Positions 26,766-35,122 of a stretch of 64,000 nt of DNA are shown one piece after another. Below the pieces are notes generated by a model. That model searched no databases, had not been told where the DNA came from, and was given only the letters and a program-made list of their open reading frames with translations. Positions within the stretch are counted from its first letter, which is position 1, and every line of letters begins with the position of its first letter. A program made the translations under genes and the position numbers. The stretch is from assembly GCA_964630055.1 (NCBI GenBank), contig CAZVRA010000002.1:143021-207020 (forward strand). Direction: 5' to 3'. The DNA is from an uncultured Candidatus Saccharibacteria bacterium (GTDB taxonomy: Bacteria > Patescibacteriota > Saccharimonadia > Saccharimonadales > CAZVRA01).

Positions 26766-28487
26766 TTAGCGTCGTTTTTGCTTGTAGATCATTGCTCCCA
26801 ACAATATCGATACTAAAGCAACGATGCCGTAAATGCCAGCATGTTGTTTGGCTAGCCCCGTATTTGGCGTGGCAGCAGGGTTAGCCGGGGCGGCCGCTGC
26901 AGCTGCTTGGGCTGGGTTTGGTGACTGTATGTTAGTTGGTACCTGGGTGGCAGTGCCTAAGTAAGTTATGGTGACATCATTACCATCTCCGCCAACGTAG
27001 CTAATCTTGTAGCTGTGACCATTCGAACTAAAGCTGGCGCCCTCGGCAAGGCCATTGAATGTGCCAGATACCGCATCTGAGCCATCATTGGTAATGATAG
27101 TGTAGACAGAGTTAACACTCGGAACGTAAGAATTGTATAATGGAACGTCTAGGGTCGCGTTGTTGAGTGTCAGGCTACCGGTCACCTGCAATTGGTCGTA
27201 GCCAGAACAAGCGGTGGTGCCACCTAGTTCTGCTGTTAAGGTTCCAGAATAGGTAGTACTGCCAGCGCTCATACATCCAGGCGAATTGCCGGGCAGTACT
27301 TCGCCACCACTCATAACCGTTAGTGTCCCTGTAATGCGTCCGGTGCCTCGCAGTTTTGACCCTTTGTAGACAATAACATTGCCAGTGGAGCCATTCTGCC
27401 CAATGGTAAGGTCAGTGTTACGTATAGGGTAGTTGTAAGAGTTTAGTGATTCGTTAATAGTATAGTTTTTGGCTGTTGCATTGTCTATGGTTGTTACAGG
27501 AAATGCTATTGGCGAAACACTGCCTTTAAAGATTGGGCTGTCAGTCTGTGCGGTTTCTACAATGGCTCCATTATTGCCCTGGGTGATGCCATATATACTG
27601 TCTGTGCCCCGCTCGATTCGACTTGATCCCTCTGTAAAATACACCTTGGTTGTATCGTAATTGGCAAAGAAGTTGCCATAATATAGCAAGTTGGTCGTCG
27701 AGGAATTGGTGATGTTAATAGTGCTGCCAGAAAGCGTACCTTGCTTGATGTGCGCAGTGCCGCCAGTAAGTGTAAAGTAAGTTATTTTGGTGCCACCAGC
27801 AGATAGCACATAACTATATTTGTTATTAACTACTGAGTCGTTAACCATAGTCGGAGTATTGTTGGTTGCAGTGTCGACTATAAAATACTCGGTACGGGTA
27901 TTGGTGTCATCAAGTGCTCTAAATAAAACCTTGGTTGAATCGTCGACAAAGGTAGGGTAAGTTGCATTATAGTCAGTGTTGCCAGTAGGTCGTGAAACTA
28001 CCTCTCGCATATTGGTACCATCCGAATTCACCATGGTTAGACCACATTCTTTTGCAAATATGATCTTGGTACCGTCTGGAGAAAACGCTGGACTTTGAGT
28101 TGGTGTGTAGCATGTGGTGTTTAATGTCTCGGAGTTGGGAATAGCGGTTAAATTGGAGCCATCGCTATTAACCACGTATATACGATTTTTAGAATTGGTA
28201 ACCGAATTGTAGGCCGCAAAGGCAATTTTAGACTCGTCTGGGGACACTGCAATTGCGCTAGCGTTCATTAAGCTTATGGTATCGTCTGCCAATTTGCGCT
28301 CGTCGCTACCATCAGTATTGGAAGAGTAAAGTACTTGCGTAAAAGTAGTGTCATTATATTTTGCATAGTACATCCTCCCTACCATAATGGCCGCGCTTGC
28401 GGGGGAGCTCCTTAAGAAAATAGCAGCTACCAATAAACCGGACAGCACTAAGATTGATGCTGTTTTTATGTTCTTTTTTATTGTCAT
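26766..28487 (-). CDS. sortase-anchored surface protein: signal peptide, TolB/PD40-like beta-propeller repeats, Cys-containing beta-helix-type module, TPNTG sorting signal
   Basis: SPDESKIAFAA...VVNSDGSN and SPDGTKIIFA...MVNSDGTN repeats. C-terminal SPGCM...TACSGYDQLQVTG...GGDGNDVTITY. TPNTG (26856-26870), TM, then KQKRR. Confidence 0.8.
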   Translation of the reverse strand: MTIKKNIKTASILVLSGLLVAAIFLRSSPASAAIMVGRMYYAKYNDTTFTQVLYSSNTDGSDERKLADDTISLMNASAIAVSPDESKIAFAAYNSVTNSKNRIYVVNSDGSNLTAIPNSETLNTTCYTPTQSPAFSPDGTKIIFAKECGLTMVNSDGTNMREVVSRPTGNTDYNATYPTFVDDSTKVLFRALDDTNTRTEYFIVDTATNNTPTMVNDSVVNNKYSYVLSAGGTKITYFTLTGGTAHIKQGTLSGSTINITNSSTTNLLYYGNFFANYDTTKVYFTEGSSRIERGTDSIYGITQGNNGAIVETAQTDSPIFKGSVSPIAFPVTTIDNATAKNYTINESLNSYNYPIRNTDLTIGQNGSTGNVIVYKGSKLRGTGRITGTLTVMSGGEVLPGNSPGCMSAGSTTYSGTLTAELGGTTACSGYDQLQVTGSLTLNNATLDVPLYNSYVPSVNSVYTIITNDGSDAVSGTFNGLAEGASFSSNGHSYKISYVGGDGNDVTITYLGTATQVPTNIQSPNPAQAAAAAAPANPAATPNTGLAKQHAGIYGIVALVSILLGAMIYKQKRR

Positions 28488-28609
28488 ATTATTGTATCTT
28501 ACTAACTGCTTATTATACTTGGTATATTAGCGTAAGCCTATTACATTGTAAACCACAATTTGTTAGATTATTTTGCTACTGGTATGTAGTGTAATTGAGA
28601 CATTAATGA

Positions 28610-28705
28610 TGTTATTGCTGCTGGATCTGCTGCATCCATAGCACTGACCTGATTAGCCCACCCATTAAAGGCATACTGGCCAAGCGCAAAAAGCCCCAAA
28701 GCTAA
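28610..28705 (+). pseudogene. remnant of the last ~31 codons of a YdeI-family paralog
   Basis: Translates CYCCWICCIHSTDLISPPIKGILAKRKKPQS*. Compare the C-terminus of the 1973..2284 gene: CCWIGCIHRTDKEISPSIKGILAKRSKKP*. A stop lies immediately upstream, with no start. Confidence 0.55.
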
Positions 28706-28723
28706 AACTATTGCTAAAATAGT

Positions 28724-28933
28724 CTATGATTTTTTGTTCAAATATTTGCCAGCTACGCTCAGCGCAAACGATGGCAATATTATGAAAACGGTGGCAAACA
28801 GACAGCGTATAAGCACATGTGTGAGTGGAGTGTCGGGTGTATCTGGTCCGCCAGCGGTCATGACTATTAGTATACCAATAACACCAAAGGTGATCGAGGC
28901 GTAACTGAATACTTTGGTGGCGAACTTCTGCAT
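28724..28933 (-). CDS. hypothetical small membrane protein
   Basis: 69 aa with two hydrophobic segments. No homology recognised. Confidence 0.4.
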   Translation of the reverse strand: MQKFATKVFSYASITFGVIGILIVMTAGGPDTPDTPLTHVLIRCLFATVFIILPSFALSVAGKYLNKKS

Positions 28934-29020
28934 GTCTATACTATACTACTTTTAAACATAAAAAGGCGTTAATTAAGCCGATAATGGCATTAACAAAGAC
29001 CATGTTATGGCCAAGTTTAG

Positions 29021-29704
29021 CTAGTTTTGTAGCGCAGCTTTGACGATGATACGGTCGGCAAACTGCTCGGTTTTTTTATCGAAGCTGCCGCCACAGGTTA
29101 TTAGAGTCAGTAGTGCTTTGCCTCCATCTGCCGATTCGTCAAATATAGCCGCTTGGGATTGAGCTTCTGGTACTTGCTGTACGCTGACAACGCTGTAAAT
29201 GTGGATCGTGGATTCGTCGCCCATTTGGATATCGATAGTTTGGCCTCTTTGAACTTTTTGTAAATTTTTAAAGATAGCGTCGGCGTAGCGCCCAGATACA
29301 TGGCCATCAATAATGCTATTGCCCTTTTGGCCCGGTGGCGAGCTGCTCACAAACCAGCCGGCAAAGTGAATATTGTTTGGCACGGCAATTCGCTTTTCTG
29401 GTGTGGTGCCCACCAGCTGGATATAGCCCTCTACATTTACGCCTGGGATGCTGATTTTGCGTGGTTTGTCGGCTGCAACTTTGTAGGTTACGTTTGGATC
29501 CGGCTTTTGCTCAGACGGGGTGTCGGTGTCGTGATTGACCACTTGGCTAGCGTTTGGAAGTTGCTGTGTGGTCTGCCTGGCGCGCCAAAACGGCACTAAA
29601 TTGTACACGGCAAACACGACTGCTACTATACATAGGGCTGACAGCAGCCAGGTCGTAACTGACGACGATACTTTGACTTTGTTCCGTTTATTTTTTACCA
29701 ACAC
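29021..29704 (-). CDS. sortase (transpeptidase)
   Basis: N-terminal TM. IIDGHVSGRY (catalytic His), LTLITCGG (TLxTC Cys), ADRIIVKA (Arg). Start overlaps the stop of the upstream surface-protein gene by 17 nt. Confidence 0.85.
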   Translation of the reverse strand: MLVKNKRNKVKVSSSVTTWLLSALCIVAVVFAVYNLVPFWRARQTTQQLPNASQVVNHDTDTPSEQKPDPNVTYKVAADKPRKISIPGVNVEGYIQLVGTTPEKRIAVPNNIHFAGWFVSSSPPGQKGNSIIDGHVSGRYADAIFKNLQKVQRGQTIDIQMGDESTIHIYSVVSVQQVPEAQSQAAIFDESADGGKALLTLITCGGSFDKKTEQFADRIIVKAALQN

Positions 29705-31778
29705 GTATTAGGCTTAAGTGGCGATTAACAATTACGAGGCACCCAACTAGGCCGACAATAACAACGGCGCTGTAGACAGAGGTGCTCTTTTGCCACAGAC
29801 CAGTATTTGGCGCATTGTTTTTGCCATTGGCGTTAGTGATGCTGTTGGGTGTAGTAGCGTTTGGTGTAACATCTGCCGGCAAAACAGTCAGCGTTACATC
29901 TGCGCTAGCGGTGTAGTTGATGCGGTATTTGGTATTGCCGACTTTGAACACAGCCCCGTCCGTAAGGCCGTTGAAGGTGCCGGTCAGGCTAGCCCCGTCT
30001 ATAATGGTAAAGACAGTTCCAACTACAGGGTCAAAGCCAGATAACTGAGATATGTTCAGGGTAGCGCCACCTAGGTCTACTGCACCGGTGACTGTCGCCT
30101 GGTCGTAGCCAGAACAAGCAGTGTCGGTATTGATTTCTTGGCTGTAGTTAGAGCCTGAACTTAGTGTTAATGATGCGAATGTCATACAGCCAGGTGATGT
30201 GCCAACTGCAATTGTTCCGCCAGATAATGCCTTAACAGCACCGACTGAGCCAGTCCCTTTTAGCGTGCCGGTGCCGCCAATTTCGATACGAGCGTTAGCA
30301 AGTGACGCCAGAACAACTAAATCGCCATTATTGATTGTTAGTTTGCCATCGGCCGACACGGGAAGTGATGCTCCAGATGCAATCGTCCATGTACCATTAC
30401 CACTTTTAATGACTTCGGTGCTAGTGCCGCCGCTAAACTGTACTGTTCCGGTAAAGTTTCCTGGGGTATTGCCGCTTAGCGTTATGCCTGCACCATTGCC
30501 GGCAATGACCACCGTACCGTTACCGGCCACTGAACCAACTATCTCTGTTTTATCGTAGGCAGATAGGGTTGCTTGCTTTGCGCCATTAGTGAGTGTTATC
30601 ACGGCATTATCGGCAATCTGATTGCTGGCGCCAGTGTTGTAGAATACCGCAAGAGATCCCGCCAGTTGTGCGCCAGTTATGGTCAAGTTGCCTGGAACGG
30701 CTATGGTTTGGTTCGCTTTTTGCAGGTAGAGTGCACCACCACTCTGAATATAGGTTGTGCCTGTGTAGGTGTTTGGGCTGCTGCCTGTCAGAGATATTTT
30801 GCCACTTGAGTTTGTTAGATCATCGCTGCGAAAAGTTGGAGAGTATGCCCCAGATATCACGCCCGAAAGCGTTAACCCATTTGCGCCTGCCGGAACGGAG
30901 GCAAAGGTAGCGTCGTCCGTCATTATGATATTCCCGCTGAGAGTTATGTTACTTGACCCCAAGCGTCGAATAGCTCCTTTGCCTCCAATGCCATTGCCGG
31001 CCACGTTGAAGTTCTCAGAAAAAGTTGTGTCTGCGGCTAGATCGAACTCTAGTGCTCCACCAGACTGTACGGTAGTAGTTCCGGTGGTGTTGCCTAGCGC
31101 TGCAGCGTTTTTAACGACCAGTGTTGCGCCGCTGCCAGCGGTAAAACTAGAACTAGCTGAGGCACTGGCTGCAGTTAAAATTACCGACCGGCCAACAGAT
31201 GACCCCCCGCCACCTTGTGTAACAATAGAATGGCTAGAAAACCCAAACGAGCCACTAATCGTTAGGGCGGTATTGTCGGTATCCCCCGCGATGTATAGCG
31301 AGCCGGTTCCGCTGGTGGCGATAGCCGAACTAATGGTGTTATTACCAGAAAAGGTAATATAGCTATTGTCATTAAGGGCCATTTGCAACGTATCAAGCCC
31401 CAGAGTACTGTCACTACCAGTAAAGGTTATATATTTGTTTATTCCGCCAATATTCTTGCCCGACACACCTATATAGTTGCCAGTTATGGCGTAGCCGCTG
31501 CCGACCGAGACATGACTAAAAGACCTGCCAAAAATACCGTTAACTAACGTTTTTTTGGTAGCGTTATCTGGGAATACAATCTCGTCTCCGGGTTCTGGCA
31601 CGTTGCCGTTGTCGCAACCTGTCCAGCTAGCAGCATTGTTGAGGTTGTTAGTGCCGTTGCCTGTCCAGGTACAGGTGTCAACGGCGGCATGCGCTCGCCC
31701 AGTATTAGCAAACAAAACAACGCCGCAAAAAGCCAATAAAAATAAGCTAACCTTAACAAAACTATTGATTTTCCTCAT
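29688..31778 (-). CDS. sortase-anchored surface protein with autotransporter-type beta-strand (PATR-like) repeats and APNTG sorting signal
   Basis: 696 aa. Signal peptide, long Gly/Thr/Ser-rich beta-helix repeats (G..L..G.GTL.L.G.NTYTG.T), SPGCM...TACSGYDQATVTG module. APNTG (29799-29813), TM, then basic tail. Confidence 0.8.
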   Translation of the reverse strand: MRKINSFVKVSLFLLAFCGVVLFANTGRAHAAVDTCTWTGNGTNNLNNAASWTGCDNGNVPEPGDEIVFPDNATKKTLVNGIFGRSFSHVSVGSGYAITGNYIGVSGKNIGGINKYITFTGSDSTLGLDTLQMALNDNSYITFSGNNTISSAIATSGTGSLYIAGDTDNTALTISGSFGFSSHSIVTQGGGGSSVGRSVILTAASASASSSFTAGSGATLVVKNAAALGNTTGTTTVQSGGALEFDLAADTTFSENFNVAGNGIGGKGAIRRLGSSNITLSGNIIMTDDATFASVPAGANGLTLSGVISGAYSPTFRSDDLTNSSGKISLTGSSPNTYTGTTYIQSGGALYLQKANQTIAVPGNLTITGAQLAGSLAVFYNTGASNQIADNAVITLTNGAKQATLSAYDKTEIVGSVAGNGTVVIAGNGAGITLSGNTPGNFTGTVQFSGGTSTEVIKSGNGTWTIASGASLPVSADGKLTINNGDLVVLASLANARIEIGGTGTLKGTGSVGAVKALSGGTIAVGTSPGCMTFASLTLSSGSNYSQEINTDTACSGYDQATVTGAVDLGGATLNISQLSGFDPVVGTVFTIIDGASLTGTFNGLTDGAVFKVGNTKYRINYTASADVTLTVLPADVTPNATTPNSITNANGKNNAPNTGLWQKSTSVYSAVVIVGLVGCLVIVNRHLSLIRVGKK

Positions 31779-31823
31779 AAAGTCCCCTCTCCTGGTAACG
31801 TTAAATTACTCCGCTTATGCCTA

Positions 31824-31852
31824 ATTATACATTTACAAGATAATTAGTTCAA
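31824..31852 (-). promoter_or_regulatory. sigma70-type promoter for the surface-protein/sortase operon
   Basis: Minus strand: TTGAAC (31852-31847), 17-nt spacer, TATAAT (31829-31824). GGAGAGGGG SD precedes the ATG at 31778. Confidence 0.45.
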
Positions 31853-31867
31853 CAGCTTTTTAGTTTT

Positions 31868-32344
31868 TTACAGGTACTGTTCTATATCCCCGCGAATAGA
31901 TACTGGAGAGGTTGTGGGCGCATAGCGCCTGATTTTTTTGCCATCTGTACTTACTAAAAATTTGGTAAAGTTCCACTTAATGTCTTTGCCTAAGCGCGAA
32001 CGACTGTTGTTTTTAAGATATTCAAAAATTGGATGAGCATGCGGCCCATTGACATTAATTTTTTGGCTCAGCGCAAACGTGACACCAAAGTTCACTTGAC
32101 AAACACCTGCCATGTTATCGTTGGTCTCGGGCTCTTGTCCACCAAACTGGTCGCATGGGAAGCCGATCACGACCAATCCTTTGTCTTTATAGTCCTGATA
32201 GATTTGCTCTAGCTGCGTAAACTGTGGTGCCAGCCCGCACTTTGTGGCCGTGTTCACTAGCAACAGCAACTTGCCTTTGTAGTCTGCGAGACTGACTTCG
32301 GCTCCATCACTGCGGTTAAATAAGTGGCTGTATATATTTTCCAT
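31868..32344 (-). CDS. glutathione peroxidase family protein
   Basis: LLLVNTATKCGLAPQF (active-site Cys), GFPCDQFGGQEP, WNFTKFLV. Confidence 0.9.
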   Translation of the reverse strand: MENIYSHLFNRSDGAEVSLADYKGKLLLLVNTATKCGLAPQFTQLEQIYQDYKDKGLVVIGFPCDQFGGQEPETNDNMAGVCQVNFGVTFALSQKINVNGPHAHPIFEYLKNNSRSRLGKDIKWNFTKFLVSTDGKKIRRYAPTTSPVSIRGDIEQYL

Positions 32345-32353
32345 GAAGGCAAG

Positions 32354-32911
32354 CTACAAATTGTTTTTTACTGCTTCGTAAATTTTTAGAGTGGTATCTT
32401 TTTTGGCAGTGGCTGGGTTGGCCCTGTCTAGCTGGCTAATAATGTACCAATTGTCGTTTTTAAGCACACTTAGTTGACCCAGTGTCGGGTTCCAGTAGGC
32501 TTTGTCGCCTACTCCAGATACATCTTCTACGCCAGCTGGCTTTTGATCCCCAAACATATCGGCGTTAGATTTTTTGCCGTCGGTGTCGAGCGCGCTGCGC
32601 GCCAGTAGGTTCATCGTAGTGTACGGCTGTCCGCTGGTAATATAATTGCACGATGACACCTTAATGCTGTCGGTTGAGGCATTAGAATTTTGGCCATCGC
32701 CTTTTTGGATGCCGGGCACCAATTGAGCGGCAATTTCTGGTGTTAGGATGGCGCAGGCCTCTTTGCCGGCTTTGGGTGCGCTGCTTGATTGCGAACTAGC
32801 ACTACTTGATGGAGCGGCTGCGTTATTGACCTTTTTATTTGTAATTGCAAAGTAGCCACCGGCCAAGATAATGACAACTGCAATTGCGCCTATGATTACG
32901 TTTTTATTCAT
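32354..32911 (-). CDS. hypothetical membrane-anchored/secreted protein
   Basis: 185 aa. N-terminal TM, Ser/Ala-rich linker, globular domain. No family recognised. Confidence 0.6.
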   Translation of the reverse strand: MNKNVIIGAIAVVIILAGGYFAITNKKVNNAAAPSSSASSQSSSAPKAGKEACAILTPEIAAQLVPGIQKGDGQNSNASTDSIKVSSCNYITSGQPYTTMNLLARSALDTDGKKSNADMFGDQKPAGVEDVSGVGDKAYWNPTLGQLSVLKNDNWYIISQLDRANPATAKKDTTLKIYEAVKNNL

Positions 32912-33082
32912 AATTAGCCTCCGAAAGTATTAAATAATCTCCCTAGCAGTTTACTATATTTTAATTACTCAATCTATAAACAATATTTAAGCATTCTGCC
33001 GAGGTGGCCCAGCAGCAACAATTCTGATTGACTGATAATAATTAAACTCGTAAAATCATAAGCACTACATGAAGAAGACTAG

Positions 33083-34522
33083 ATGATTATATACAGAAAT
33101 GTAATCTTAAGGAAGGCCATAAGCTCGTTTGTCCGGATGTTGGCTGCATTAGTCTTTGTGACAATATTTAGCACTGGTAATCTTTTGGCCGCAGGCAACA
33201 ATCAAGCGAACTTTACTGTCAGCAGTCAAGGCAGTAGACAATATGTGGGGATGTTTGGGTCGGCCGGCACCGACAACGGAGAGTTTAATGTTCCAGGATA
33301 TATAGCCATAAATTCCTTGCAACAAATCTATGTCGCCGATCACGACAACAACCGCATCCAAAAGTTCGACAGTAACGATTAGTACTTAAGTCAGTTTGGT
33401 AGCGAGGGTAGCGGCAGTGGGCAGCTGGAATCTCCTTACGAAATTGTTATTGACGCTCAGGATAATATTTATGTAGCCGATGCTCTTAATCATCGTATCC
33501 AGAAATTTGACAGTAATGGCCAGTATCTAAGTCAATTCGGTTCATATGGCACCGGCAACGGACAGTTTCAAATTGTCCCTAGCGTAGCGTTAGACAAACA
33601 AGGTTATATTTATGCTGGTGATGCCGAGGATTGTCGTGTGCAAAAGTTTAATAGCGCCGGCCAGTACCTAAGCCAAATTGGCGGCACGTGCGGAAATGGT
33701 AATTCAGAATTTGGCGCCTGGGTTGATTTAGCCGTAGATGCAGACAATAACGTAATTGTTTCAGATTTGAATAATTGTCTTATTAAAATATTTAATAGAG
33801 CCGGTAATTACTTGAGCCAAATTGGGACTACCTGTGGGAGTGATGCTTCGCAGTTTGATACCGTGTATAGTTTGCATGTAGATAATAAGAACAACATGTT
33901 CATTGCAGATGCTTTCAACGATCGTGTCAAAATCTATTCGTCTGCCAAGACCGCCAGCTACAACACTCAACCCGCAGGAATTGAAACTAGCGCTCCAGTC
34001 TTGAATGTACCTGCAACTGTAGTTGACATTAGTGCATACACCACTAAACCAGAATCGGCCATGGCTGCTCAAGATAGTAGTTATAACTACCCTGCCGGTA
34101 TAACCAACTTCAGGCTGTCTGCCATGGCGGGCTCTACCCAAACAGTTTCTTTGACATATAAAACTAACCTTAAGCCTAGCGAAGTCACTCCGCGTAAATA
34201 CAATTCCACCGCCAAAACCTACTCTACCCTATCGGGCAATAATCTAACCATAACCGAAACCACTGCAGACGGCCAAACAGCCCTAAAAATATCTTACGAT
34301 GTCACCGACGGTGGCTCGCTAGACGAAGACGGCGCCGTTAACGGTAGTATTACCGACCCAGTTGGTCTTGGTGTGGTTCAGGGGGCATCTACGGCTAGCT
34401 CCGTCGCCGGATCTCCTAAGACTGGCATAAAGCGCCACGCTATTTATGGCGCTATTTTACCTTTAATAATTGTTACGGCCATCACAGGTATATGCCTAGT
34501 GCGCCGCTATTTACTTGCATAG
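33083..34522 (+). pseudogene. NHL-repeat surface protein with SPKTG sorting signal, interrupted by one in-frame TAG
   Basis: ORFs 33083..33382 and 33638..34522 are in the same frame. The interval is open and continues the NHL repeats (..NHRIQKFDSNGQYLSQFG..). TAG at 33380-33382 sits where the next repeat has CAG (DSND*YLSQFG vs DSNGQYLSQFG). Confidence 0.75.
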
Positions 34523-35044
34523 ATCGACGAGCTTGTTGACTGTATTGGCGTTACGAATTGTTACAAACCGGTACGCTTTGGTGCCGACAATTTTACTGTA
34601 GCGAGTCCTGCTAAACGTCTTGATTGGTGCTGACCAGAAAATGATCGGGTGGTAGGCGACGACGTGTTCGTATTCTGGCTTCGTCTCGCCTATATCCGCC
34701 ATTATCTGGTCGACGCGCTTTGGAGCGATCACAAATATGGCATTGTGTTTGGCATCGCCATTGTTCCACCACGGCGGGGCATGCTTTATTGCGTCGAGTA
34801 GTTCATCGGCAGACACTACCGCGCAAATGACGTGAAACCCAAACTGTTCTTCTATGGCCTTTTCGCAGATTGCCACAAGCTTAGCAGCATCTGTTTGTAC
34901 AGATTCAAAAATAACGTTGCCTGAGTTAATATAGGTTACCACATTGGTGAAGCCAGCTTTTTCAAAGCAAGCTTTAAGATCGGCCATTGCTACCTTATTG
35001 TTGCCACCGACGTTAATTCCGCGTAAGAGTGCGACAAACTTCAT
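34511..35044 (-). CDS. DUF1697 family protein
   Basis: MKFVALLRGINVGGNNKVAMADLK...TYINSGNVIF, the hallmark of DUF1697. Confidence 0.8.
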   Translation of the reverse strand: MKFVALLRGINVGGNNKVAMADLKACFEKAGFTNVVTYINSGNVIFESVQTDAAKLVAICEKAIEEQFGFHVICAVVSADELLDAIKHAPPWWNNGDAKHNAIFVIAPKRVDQIMADIGETKPEYEHVVAYHPIIFWSAPIKTFSRTRYSKIVGTKAYRFVTIRNANTVNKLVDLCK

Positions 35045-35122
35045 GTAAACATCATAGCAGAAAAGTTATTGTTATTTATGCCACAAGCGTTATAATAGGG
35101 GCATCAATAACTAACGTAAATT

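Noticed and set aside
33380-33382. Stop-codon reassignment (TAG read as an amino acid) as the explanation for the in-frame TAG.
   Set aside because: TAG terminates several well-defined genes in the window (ends at 2284, 10179, 11965 and 14589). No other in-frame TAG or TGA was needed to reconstruct any conserved protein. The standard code fits.
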